DNA of 64,000 nucleotides from Dehalococcoidia bacterium (GTDB lineage: Bacteria; Chloroflexota; Dehalococcoidia; Lucifugimonadales; UBA3495). Shown here piece by piece: positions 8,649 to 17,314 of the stretch. Position 1 is the first letter of the stretch. Each line of letters opens with the position of its first letter. The stretch lies in contig OZ253670.1 in assembly GCA_965263395.1 (NCBI GenBank), positions 1,387,958 through 1,451,957 of the forward strand, given 5' to 3'. Below the pieces are notes generated by a model. That model saw only the letters and a list, made by a program, of their open reading frames with translations, was not told the origin of the DNA and ran no database searches. Made by a program: the position numbers and the translations under genes.

Positions 8649-9944
8649 ATGACCACTAAAGTATTCCACGAAATCCGCGACCCAGTCCATGTTTTCATTA
8701 CGCTTGATTCCGATGAGAGGGACGTGGTTGATTCCCTTCCGGTTCAGCGGTTGAGACACATTCATCAATTGGCGATGGAGTACCTGGTCTATCCGGGCGC
8801 CACCCACAAACGATTCGAACACGCTCTCAGGGTAATGGAACTTGCGGGCAGGGTATATGACGTAATAACCCGAACCGACCTGGTCACTGACGAGGTTAGA
8901 AATCTGGTCCCTGACATTGCGAACGACGACCATAGGAGATACTGGCGGAGAGTGCTGAGAATGGCTGCCTTGTGTCACGATATAGGGCATCTCCCATTCT
9001 CGCACGCGGCCGAGCACGAGTTGCTTCCTGATGGGTGGACTCATGAAACAATTACCGCAGAGCTAATCCGAAGCGACGAAATGCAGCAGATTTGGCAATC
9101 TGTGACTCCGCCTCTGCGAGTCGACGACATTGTGAAGCTGTCGGTTGGGCCGGCCAAATCACCGGAGTTGGTCTTTTCAAATTGGGAAGCCGTGCTGTCT
9201 GAGATTGTTGTAGGGGACGCCTTTGGCGTGGACCGCATGGATTATCTACTTCGGGATTCTCTCCACGTTGGGGTACAGTACGGCAGGTTCGACCATTACC
9301 GCTTGATCGATACTCTCAGAATACTACCTGAGACCGACAATTCCGATCGACCAACACTTGGATTGGAGGGAGGTGGAATCCAGTCGGCAGAAGCCTTGCT
9401 GTTGGCCCGATACTCCATGTTCTCACAAGTGTATTTTCATCCGGTTAGGCGGGCCTACGACTTGCATCTCAAGGACTTCTTGCGGGAATGGCTTCCTGGA
9501 GGTGTATTCCAGACCACTACCCAGGAGTTCTTGGAACTGTCTGATGTTGAAGTGTTAGCCGCGATCCGGCAAGAGGCGCAGAAAGGGTCAGATCCGGCAA
9601 TGAGAATAGCCCACAGGCAGCACTTCAAGGTAGCCTACTCACGGAATCCTGATGACCTCAGGTTAAATCAGGGGGCAGGCGAGGCTGTGTGGCAGGCATT
9701 AGTCCAAAGGTACGGTGAGGAAAACGTGAAGCTCGACAATTACGTGCCATCGGGAAGTGTGGTTGATTTCCCAGTGTTGCAACCCGACGGCCGCATCATG
9801 GCTTCTCTAACCGCATCAGACCTGCTGCGTCAAATACCCCCTGCGGCCGTGGACTTCGTTTTCGTAGAACCTTCGATTCGGGACGAAGCGCGGAGGTTCG
9901 TAGTTGCTAATCGCCAGAACATTTTGTCCGGAAAAGGTGAGTAG
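8649..9944 (+). CDS. SAMHD1/EF1143-like HD-domain phosphohydrolase (putative dNTP triphosphohydrolase, COG1078)
   Basis: Motifs FHEIRDPVHVFI, HKRFEHALRVMELA, AALCHDIGHLPFSHAAEH and FGVDRMDYLLRDSLHVGVQYGRFD supply the H...HD...D metal-site pattern of the family. About 431 aa, the typical family length. Confidence 0.8.
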   Translation: MTTKVFHEIRDPVHVFITLDSDERDVVDSLPVQRLRHIHQLAMEYLVYPGATHKRFEHALRVMELAGRVYDVITRTDLVTDEVRNLVPDIANDDHRRYWRRVLRMAALCHDIGHLPFSHAAEHELLPDGWTHETITAELIRSDEMQQIWQSVTPPLRVDDIVKLSVGPAKSPELVFSNWEAVLSEIVVGDAFGVDRMDYLLRDSLHVGVQYGRFDHYRLIDTLRILPETDNSDRPTLGLEGGGIQSAEALLLARYSMFSQVYFHPVRRAYDLHLKDFLREWLPGGVFQTTTQEFLELSDVEVLAAIRQEAQKGSDPAMRIAHRQHFKVAYSRNPDDLRLNQGAGEAVWQALVQRYGEENVKLDNYVPSGSVVDFPVLQPDGRIMASLTASDLLRQIPPAAVDFVFVEPSIRDEARRFVVANRQNILSGKGE

Positions 9945-9959
9945 AAAGGGGGTGTGTCA

Positions 9960-10523
9960 ATGCTGGAGAACGTAGAACGATGGGCGGTTGTTGCCCAGCT
10001 TATCAAGAATATGCGTGCCGAAGGCGGATGGGCAGGCGAGACTCATATCCAAAAAGCCCTGTTCTTCCTGCAAGAACTGCTGAAAGTCCCCAGTGATTAC
10101 AACTTCATGCTGTACAAGCATGGGCCGTATTCCTTCGACCTCCACGACGATTTGGGGAAAATGCGGGCATACTTGGTCCTGGATATTCAACTTCAGCGTC
10201 CTTACGGCGCTTCATTTGGGCTAGGGGACACGGGAGGCAATGTAATCCAGAGGGGTAAAGCGGCCGTTGAGCGGTACGAAGGCCAACTGGAGTTTGTTGT
10301 TGGCGCCTTGGGTACAAAAGACGTAAGAACGCTGGAAAGGTATGGCACCGCTTTATTCGTAAAAGGCCGTCAACCGGAGTTCGATGATGTCGCTATGGCG
10401 AACAAAATTATTGAACTCAAGCCGCACGTTACGGGGGATCTGGCCCTTGAGGCAGTTCGGGAGGTCGCCAAGATTGAAAGTGATGCTAGAGCCAAGGGGC
10501 TAATTGTTCAGCAACCGACATGA
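9960..10523 (+). CDS. hypothetical protein, Panacea(DUF4065)/YwgA-like (tentative)
   Basis: Starts 15 nt after the HD gene stop, preceded by AAAGGGGG. THIQKALFFLQELL...YKHGPYSFDLHDDL follows the KLQKLLYF...W.HGPV...LY pattern of DUF4065. No catalytic motif recognised. Confidence 0.6.
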   Translation: MLENVERWAVVAQLIKNMRAEGGWAGETHIQKALFFLQELLKVPSDYNFMLYKHGPYSFDLHDDLGKMRAYLVLDIQLQRPYGASFGLGDTGGNVIQRGKAAVERYEGQLEFVVGALGTKDVRTLERYGTALFVKGRQPEFDDVAMANKIIELKPHVTGDLALEAVREVAKIESDARAKGLIVQQPT

Positions 10524-10581
10524 GCGGGATGCCGTGGATGATCGGCCCCCGGGTTCCAATCGTAACCAGAACCGTTTGCCG

Positions 10582-10899
10582 CTAATGCCAAAAGCCCTCC
10601 CGCCGGCGGTTGTTGGCCCGCAAGGAACTGAAGACCGGCATGGGGTTCACCGTCACTTCCTTCGCCATGCTTCGGGTGACTTCAACCAGCCTCGAATCGG
10701 GTGACGATGCGCCCCTTCCCATAGCTGCTTCAATCCATCGGAAGGCTGCCATTCTTTGCCAACCCGGCAGGCTGCTTTTCCCGTCTGCTTCCAGGCACAC
10801 CCACCCGTCGGGGTCGGAATTGACCAAAACGCCGGTTTGGGGAGTATAATCCAACCAACGGCCGATGATGGCCGGGGAGTATCCAACCAACCCCATCAA
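10582..10899 (-). CDS. hypothetical protein (weak call)
   Basis: 105-aa ORF in an otherwise unassigned gap, with protein-like composition (GWVCLEADGKSSLPGWQRMAAFRWIEAAMGRG). No recognisable family and no clear RBS. Confidence 0.25.
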   Translation of the reverse strand: MMGLVGYSPAIIGRWLDYTPQTGVLVNSDPDGWVCLEADGKSSLPGWQRMAAFRWIEAAMGRGASSPDSRLVEVTRSMAKEVTVNPMPVFSSLRANNRRREGFWH

Positions 10900-10926
10900 C
10901 GATTCTACCTAAGGAGGTACGGAGCT

Positions 10927-11373
10927 ATGACTCAGGAGGCAATGCACACCCGCATGGGCGGAGATGTGGCCGGCTCGGAAGAGCTGATCCCCGCGGGAGC
11001 CGTAACCTTCGGCTTGATGTACCGCACCGGCGTGGGTGAGAAGAACGACGAAGGCATCTGCATCCACGTCTACGGCAACGACATCCCCGGTGACGACAAG
11101 GAGCTGCTCCGCCTGGACTGCTTCAAGTACGACCCCCACTACCACTACCGCAACGCCACCGTCAAGCAGAACGAGCGCCTGATGCTCGACTACACCGCCG
11201 AGGGCGGCTCGGTGGAGTGGGCGCTGGACAAAATCCAGAACCGTCTGCCCGCCATGCTCCTGCGGTGCCAGGCCGGCTCGACCGCCCGCGGCCTGGACCA
11301 GCGGGATGTTGACGCGGCCCTGCCCAAGATTGCCGCGTGGGCCGAGAGCAAGACCCGGGAGAGCTACGGCTAA
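10927..11373 (+). CDS. hypothetical protein
   Basis: ATG 10927 is preceded by AAGGAGG. 148 aa, GC and codon style like the backbone. No family recognised. Confidence 0.55.
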   Translation: MTQEAMHTRMGGDVAGSEELIPAGAVTFGLMYRTGVGEKNDEGICIHVYGNDIPGDDKELLRLDCFKYDPHYHYRNATVKQNERLMLDYTAEGGSVEWALDKIQNRLPAMLLRCQAGSTARGLDQRDVDAALPKIAAWAESKTRESYG

Positions 11374-11614
11374 ACGACTCCCGGTTGGGCCGGTCAACAC
11401 CGGTCCGACCCTGACCAATGGCGCAGGCGAGGGCCTCGGAGCGCTCCGAGGCCCTCAATTTTGCCCAAACCCTGCCCTGCCGCCCTGTCCGCTTCTGACC
11501 GGGCCGGTTAGAGGCTCCCCAGCAGTCAATCAAAACCCCGGGCAACGAACCAGCAGCAAGCTGGGTTGTCATCCGGTTATGGTTGGCGCCCGATTAAATC
11601 GAAAGGAACGAATT

Positions 11615-12163
11615 ATGCCGCCGAAACAGTACCAACACGCTCCCAGCCTGATTCTCAACCCCGAAATGCGCTACACCGCCACCATCAAGACCAATCAGGG
11701 CGATATGACCCTGGAGTTGTTCCCTACCGAGGCCCCGCGGGCGGTCAACAACTTCGTCTTTCTGGCCCGGGACGGCTACTACCAGGGAAACAGCTTCCAC
11801 CGGATAATCAAGGACTTCATGATTCAAGGCGGCTGCCCCAAGGGCGACGGCACCGGCGGGCCAGGCTACCGCTTCCCGGATGAGAAGGGCAACCGTTCCT
11901 ATACCAAGGGAACGCTGGCGATGGCCAACGCCGGCCCCGACACCAACGGCAGCCAGTTCTTCATCGTCCACGGCCAGAGGGCAGGTCTGCCCCCCAACTA
12001 CACCATCTTCGGGCAACTGCTGGTGGGCGAAGAGACCCTGGACGCCCTGGCCAATTCCCCGGTCCAGGCCGGTTCCGGCGGCGAAAATTCACGGCCCGCC
12101 GAGCGTCTGGAAATCAACGACATCGAGATTGTAGAGCAGCCCCACGAACCCCGCTCGTCCTGA
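11615..12163 (+). CDS. peptidyl-prolyl cis-trans isomerase, cyclophilin type
   Basis: NNFVFLARDGYYQGNSFHRIIKDFMIQGGCPKGDGTGGPGYRFPDE and LAMANAGPDTNGSQFFIV are the cyclophilin signature. Confidence 0.9.
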   Translation: MPPKQYQHAPSLILNPEMRYTATIKTNQGDMTLELFPTEAPRAVNNFVFLARDGYYQGNSFHRIIKDFMIQGGCPKGDGTGGPGYRFPDEKGNRSYTKGTLAMANAGPDTNGSQFFIVHGQRAGLPPNYTIFGQLLVGEETLDALANSPVQAGSGGENSRPAERLEINDIEIVEQPHEPRSS

Positions 12164-12304
12164 GCGCCTCGAAGCGCTTCCTCGCTGACTCCTTGGGGGC
12201 CTCGATAGACTTCCCGGTTGATCGGCCCACCCGGAGCGGACCGGGGATGGTTCGGGTTTTCAACGTCTTTCGAGTCCCCCAAGACGAGCGGGTTCAACGG
12301 CCTA

Positions 12305-13512
12305 GTACTACTTCCAGATAGATTTACAAGAATATGAGAAGGCAGCCATACTTGGGTATGATCTTTCTGTGGGGGAGTATCCAGACATGGCTGCCATCAA
12401 GTATAAAGTCAAGCTGGCTGAATCCGAACGAGCCCGTCTCAATGAGGTTTCCCACCGGGGCAAGCTGTCAGTCCGCACCGTCAAGCGGGCGCTGGCGCTG
12501 CTCAAAGCAGATGAAGGACTACGGGACGGTGAGATAGCCGGTGTGCTTTTGATCAACGCGGCCACCGTTGCCAGAGTGCGGAAGCGGTTCGTCGAGGAAG
12601 GACTTGAGGCCGCCATCAATGACAAGCCACGGCCGGGCCGGGAGCGCAAGTTGGACGGCAAGCAGGAAGCGCACCTGGTTGCCATCGCGTGCAGCAGTCC
12701 ACCCGAAGGACATGTAAACTGGACGCTCCATCTGCTGGCGGACAAGGTGGTGGAGATGGAGTTTGCCGGGAGCATTTCCCTGGAGACGGTGCGCCAGATA
12801 CTCAAAAAAACGAACTCAAGCCGTGGCGGAAAAAGGAATGGTGCATCCCCAAGCTGAGCGGGGAGTTCGTCGCCCGGATGGAGGAAGCGCTGGACCTTTA
12901 TCACGAAGAGTACGACCTGGAGCGTCCGGTGGTGTGTTTTGACGAGTCCTCCAAGCAGTTGCTCGGGGATGTGCGGCCTCCCATTGAGGCCGCTCCTGGA
13001 CGGGTGGAGCGCTATGACACCGAGTACCAGCGGAACGGGACCCGGAATCTGTTCATGTTCTGTGAACCGAAGGGTGGGTGGAGGCACGTCGAGGTGACTG
13101 GGCGCCGGACTGCTGTGGACTTCGCTCAACAGATGAAGTGGCTGGTGGACGAGGCATATCCTGACGCCACAGAGATCCGGCTGGTGCTGGACAATCTCAA
13201 CACCCACAAGCTCGGCTCGCTCTACGAAGCGTTTGCACCGTCCGAGGCGCGCCGCATCGCCAAACGCCTGGAGCTTCACCACACACCCAATCACGGAAGC
13301 TGGCTGAACATGGCTGAAATCGAGTTCAGCGTCTTCAGCAGACAGTGTCTGAACCGCCGGGTCGGCGATGAAGCGTTGCTGAGACGGGAGGTCGCGGCGC
13401 TCGAACGCGAACGCAACGAGGCCGCCGCCATCATAGACTGGCGGTTCTCCACCCAGGACGCTCGCAGTAAGCTCAAACATATCTATCCAATAGATTTAAA
13501 TTGAAACGGTAC
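12305..13512 (+). mobile_element. IS630-family insertion sequence (boundaries +/-10 bp)
   Basis: About 1.2 kb, with GTAC at both termini and flanking TA dinucleotides (12303-12304 and 13513-13514), as expected for TA-targeting IS630/Tc1-mariner elements. The terminal inverted repeats are only imperfect. Confidence 0.65.
12387..13504 (+). CDS. IS630-family transposase, two frames joined by a -1 shift in an A7 run
   Basis: The HTH part (12387-12857 frame) reads ...VRQILKK. The DDE part (12689-13504 frame) continues NELKPWRKKEWCIP...VVCFDESS...VLDNLNTH...HHTPNHGSWLNMAEIEF. The frames meet at CTCAAAAAAAC (A7 at 12804-12810). Confidence 0.8.
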
Positions 13513-14726
13513 TAGACGGTCAACTCCAGGATGTACAGGCCGCCCTTGAGACGGTCCACCACGTACATGATGCCGTTCTCGTCAACATATACGTCGTTGA
13601 TGCCGGTGGAGGGCGCGCCCTCGGCAAGCTCCGGCACGAAGTAGGCCACCTCTTCCGGCTGGAAGGGATTGCTGGTGTCGAACACCCGGACGCCGCCGTT
13701 GAAGAAGGTGCCGTAAATCAGGGTATCCGAGAAGAAGCAGGTCGGCCCCGGCTGGTTCTCGTAGATGTTGTGCGCCCCGAACCGTCCCGGACGCTGGAAG
13801 AAGTCGTCGGTATCTCCCATCGGGAAGGTGCTGATGATGACCGGCTTGGTCTCGTCCCGAATGTCCATCATCCAAATCAGCTTGGGGTAGTCCTCGCCGT
13901 TCATCCGCACCGCCTCCTGCGTCACGACCATCAGGTCCCGGTTGAACAGGGGCAGCACGGTATGGGTAAAGCCGGGGAAGGGCGGCGCGTAGTTGATGTG
14001 GCTGATCATGGACGGGTTTGCCATGTCGGAAACGTCCAGAATGACCACGCCCGAGTCCATGTAGGCACAGTAGGCCCGGTCCGGCCGATCCGGGTAGACA
14101 TTGGCGTTGTGCAGCCGGTGCCCCGAGTCGAATTGGGGATGCCGGGCTACCGGCGGCGCGTCGTCGCCTTCCCTGACGCCGGGGAACCACCAGCGGCCCG
14201 CCTCGACGGGGTTGGTCGGGTCTGCCACATCTACAATCATGTAGAACTGGTCGTCTTTCTGGTCCCGTGGCTGGAAATCCGCCGCCCCGGTGGACAGGTG
14301 GGCGTACCTGCCCTCGACCCACCAGAGGCAGTGGCAGCCCCGGGAGTAGGGGCCGGAGGTATCCAGCCACCCGATGCGCCGCGGCTCTTCCACGTTGCTG
14401 ATGTCGTACACGCCCATGCCGCCGCCGGGCTGCCCCGGGTTCAGCGACTGGTAGGCCACCAGCATGGTGTCGTCAACAATGGACAGCGAGTTGGAGCGCA
14501 GGTGGGGGTAGGCCAGCTCGGTCTGGACCATAACTTTCGGGTTGGCGATGTCGGTCACGTCGACGCTGGTAATGTCCTTGGGCGCGCTTTCGTGGGCCAG
14601 GTAAAGGATGCGGCGGCCATCATTGGACTGGTGCAGGTGCATACCCTCGCCGATATTGCCGAACCCGTTGAGGCCGTGGTGGGAGATTAGCCGCATATTC
14701 CTGATTTCCTGTGTCTGCGTAACCAT
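13512..14726 (-). CDS. LVIVD-repeat beta-propeller protein
   Basis: Recurrent blades SVDVTDIANPKV, GVYDISNVEEPRRI, MIVDVADPTNPVEA, VVILDVSDMANPSMI, VRVFDTSNPFQPEEV and YVVDRLKGGLYILEL fit the LVIVD (COG5276) pattern. Confidence 0.7.
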   Translation of the reverse strand: MVTQTQEIRNMRLISHHGLNGFGNIGEGMHLHQSNDGRRILYLAHESAPKDITSVDVTDIANPKVMVQTELAYPHLRSNSLSIVDDTMLVAYQSLNPGQPGGGMGVYDISNVEEPRRIGWLDTSGPYSRGCHCLWWVEGRYAHLSTGAADFQPRDQKDDQFYMIVDVADPTNPVEAGRWWFPGVREGDDAPPVARHPQFDSGHRLHNANVYPDRPDRAYCAYMDSGVVILDVSDMANPSMISHINYAPPFPGFTHTVLPLFNRDLMVVTQEAVRMNGEDYPKLIWMMDIRDETKPVIISTFPMGDTDDFFQRPGRFGAHNIYENQPGPTCFFSDTLIYGTFFNGGVRVFDTSNPFQPEEVAYFVPELAEGAPSTGINDVYVDENGIMYVVDRLKGGLYILELTV

Positions 14727-14867
14727 AACGACTCCTTCTCAAAATGGGCGGCTCGGTTTTTGTTGGGTTGAGTATACCCTAACGGTTTACTTGAACGGTT
14801 TACTTGGGACGGTTGCAAAGTCGCGGGCTTCATCGGGACGGGGCATCGTCTTTCCCCCGTCTCCACG

Positions 14868-16197
14868 CTGACAGGGGTATGTATGGACTGAAATTGGTCT
14901 GAGGGCTTGGAAAGCGCACGGGAATCCGGCATCTTGGTTGCAATGACGAAACCGGATGCCGGAGGTTTCCCATGCGCCTTCCCAAGGAATGCTGCCAGAT
15001 GCAGCAGGTCATTGAAACGCATTTGCCTCACCTCAGCCGGTCACAATTGGCCGGGCTGGTCTTGTGGGTGTGCGGGACTATCCTGGCCGGGAGCGCCTGC
15101 CAGAATGCCGTCGCCGCCGCTCTCTCCACCAAGGGAAACTGGGACAATCTGCGGCAGCGCCTTCGGGAATGGCTCTACGACGGCGGCGACCGGGCGCGTC
15201 CCTGCCAGACCGAACTGGATGTGAGTCTCTGCTTCGCGCCGTTGCTCAGGTGGGTCCTTGCGTGGTGGTGTTCTGACCGGCTGGCCTTGGCGGTTGACCC
15301 GACGTTGAAAGGGGACGACACCACCGCCATCGTCATCAGCGTGGTCTACCGGGGTTGCGCGATTCCCGTGGCCTGGCGCATCCTGCACGCCAACAAACCT
15401 GGGGCCTGGATGGACCCGATAGTGGAACTGTTGCAGGCGCTGGCCCCGGCGGTCCCAGAAGACATGACCGTGATTGTGCTGTGCGACCGGGGCCTGGCCA
15501 GTCCGAAATTGTGGAAACAGATACTCGCTCAGGGCTGGCATCCCTACATGAGGTATCCGAAAAACGTCACTTTCTGCGCTGAGGGCGGTCGGCGGCTGCC
15601 CGCGCGCGCCTTCGTTCCCCGTCCGGATACCGCGTGGATCGGGAGCGGGACGGCGTTCAGCAAGGCAACAGTAAAACGCCGTTGCACCCTGCTGGCGGTC
15701 TGGTACGTTGAACAGGAGGAGCCGTGGATCATCCTGACCGACCTTCCGCCGGACGAAGTTGGGGTGAGTTGGTACGCGCTCCGCTTCTGGATCGAGTTGG
15801 GGTTTAAGGCGGTCAAGAGCTTGGGTTGGCAATGGCAAAAGACCCGCAGGACTGACCCGGCGCGGATTTCGCGGCATTGGTTCGTGTTGTCGGTGGCGAC
15901 GCTGCTGACCCTGGCCTACGGGACCAGGGTGGAAGACGCCTATGACCGGAGGCTGGCCCCCGGCAGCTTGCGAGCGCCGCCCAGGGCGCTGGCGCCCACT
16001 CACCGCAGTAGCCGGGAGAAGCCGGGACGGACCGTCAGCGTAATCCGTTACGGCATTGCCTGGCTGAGGTGGTTGCTGCACCGGGGCCGGTTCTGGAGCC
16101 GGGTATGGCTGCTGCCCGAACCCTGGCCTGAACCCAAGTCCGACCTGGAGGTCACCCGCCATGCCCCTACATGAAACCCTATACATACCCCTGTCAG
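14868..16197 (+). mobile_element. IS4-family insertion sequence, copy 2 (1330 bp)
   Basis: Terminal repeats CTGACAGGGGTATGTAT (14868-14884, reverse complement at 16181-16197). 11-bp direct target duplication CCGTCTCCACG (14857-14867 and 16198-16208). Confidence 0.9.
14972..16174 (+). CDS. IS4-family DDE transposase
   Basis: 400 aa and collinear with ORF 3236-4444, carrying the same LAVDPT, LCDRGL and YALRFWIELGFKAVK motifs. Scattered substitutions and a 2-aa indel (ARPCQTELD versus ARPCPCKTELD). Confidence 0.9.
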   Translation: MRLPKECCQMQQVIETHLPHLSRSQLAGLVLWVCGTILAGSACQNAVAAALSTKGNWDNLRQRLREWLYDGGDRARPCQTELDVSLCFAPLLRWVLAWWCSDRLALAVDPTLKGDDTTAIVISVVYRGCAIPVAWRILHANKPGAWMDPIVELLQALAPAVPEDMTVIVLCDRGLASPKLWKQILAQGWHPYMRYPKNVTFCAEGGRRLPARAFVPRPDTAWIGSGTAFSKATVKRRCTLLAVWYVEQEEPWIILTDLPPDEVGVSWYALRFWIELGFKAVKSLGWQWQKTRRTDPARISRHWFVLSVATLLTLAYGTRVEDAYDRRLAPGSLRAPPRALAPTHRSSREKPGRTVSVIRYGIAWLRWLLHRGRFWSRVWLLPEPWPEPKSDLEVTRHAPT

Positions 16198-16307
16198 CCG
16201 TCTCCACGGGGGCAGGCCCTGCGCAGGCAGGAATCCACGGCAGTCTTGTCGGCAGCGGCGTTTGCTACCGCAGCGACGTATGGATTCCCGCTTTCGCGGG
16301 AAAGACG
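16198..16307. repeat. Family-2 palindromic REP-like element (left end at 14847-14867, split by IS copy 2)
   Basis: Reconstituted sequence is CGTCTTTCCCCCGTCTCCACGGGGGCAGGCCCTGCGCAGGCAGGAATCCACGG...CGTATGGATTCCCGCTTTCGCGGGAAAGACG. Same arms as the copies at 38680-38777 and 59365-59456. Confidence 0.8.
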
Positions 16308-16863
16308 AAGAGGGCGCACCGGCATGACCGAGGCGGTGTACTCCAGAATGATAGTTTTGCACAACGGACCGTAACTGTTCAGACTGGGGGATTTGAGCCA
16401 CGGGAGGCAGTTAAGCGCTAAAAAATAAAAAGTGGGGCATTTTGTGTCATTTTCTGTAATTTACGCTTGGCGATGGGGCGCTGACGGCGGGTCTTGGCGT
16501 CTTTTTGTCCCATTTGTGTGTCACCTTTGTGCCATTGTGAGCCGGTTTTGACGCACTTTGGGACGCTTGTCTTTCCGCCACAATCGCGATCGCAATTAAA
16601 TCCGGGAGCGGCCGGGGCCGGCAATTCCGGCGCAGGGGCCCGGCTCAGGATGATTGATGGTCATGGTAGGGTAGAGCTACCGGGCTTGGCAAGGGGCAGG
16701 TGTCAGCAGGGGCAATCAGGAAACCCTTGGTCTGAACAGTTACAACGGACCTGCGCCGGTTGACGGGGGCCGGTCGGCTGGGTACACTCGGCGCAACACC
16801 AAAATCCGACACCTTTTACCGCCGCTTTGTCCCGAAGTTGCGGCAGTTGAAGGAGAGGAATAT

Positions 16864-17268
16864 ATGCCGAGAATCAAGCACATTGCCATCAGGACATCGG
16901 ACCCGGCCAAGACCGCCGCTTTCTACAAAGAGGTCTTTGGGCTGGAAGAAGTGGGGCTGGCCCGCGCCGGCTATTACCTGTCCGACGGATACATCAACCT
17001 GGCCATCCTCAAGTCCAACGAGGATGCCGTTGGCGAAAGCCCCCGGGACGCCGCCGGGTACGCCGGCATCGACCACCTGGGTTTCGTGGTGGAGGACCTG
17101 GATGCGATGTGCGAGAAGCTGGAGGAGAACGGCGCCCAGGCCACCAACCAGCGCATCGACATGGTGCATCCCTCCGGCTCCGACGCCGTATCCTACTACG
17201 AGCTGAAGTATCGCGGCCCGGACAACCAGGTAATCGACATCACCGAGTCCGGTTGGATTGGCTCCTGA
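16864..17268 (+). CDS. VOC-family (glyoxalase/bleomycin-resistance/dioxygenase) protein
   Basis: MPRIKHIAIRTSDPAKTAAFYKEVFGLEEV and GIDHLGFVVEDLDAMCEKLEENG. RBS GGAGAGG lies upstream of the start. Confidence 0.8.
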   Translation: MPRIKHIAIRTSDPAKTAAFYKEVFGLEEVGLARAGYYLSDGYINLAILKSNEDAVGESPRDAAGYAGIDHLGFVVEDLDAMCEKLEENGAQATNQRIDMVHPSGSDAVSYYELKYRGPDNQVIDITESGWIGS

Positions 17269-17314
17269 GCCGCCCGGTGACTGCGGTGAAACACCACCCG
17301 GACAAATCTCCGCC

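Noticed and set aside
3213-16197. Composite transposon formed by the two IS4-family copies.
   Set aside because: Each IS has its own matching 11-bp target duplication (CCTGGGAGAGG and CCGTCTCCACG). No shared duplication flanks the outer ends. The copies differ by roughly 10% at protein level. These are therefore independent, older insertions and not one mobilised unit.
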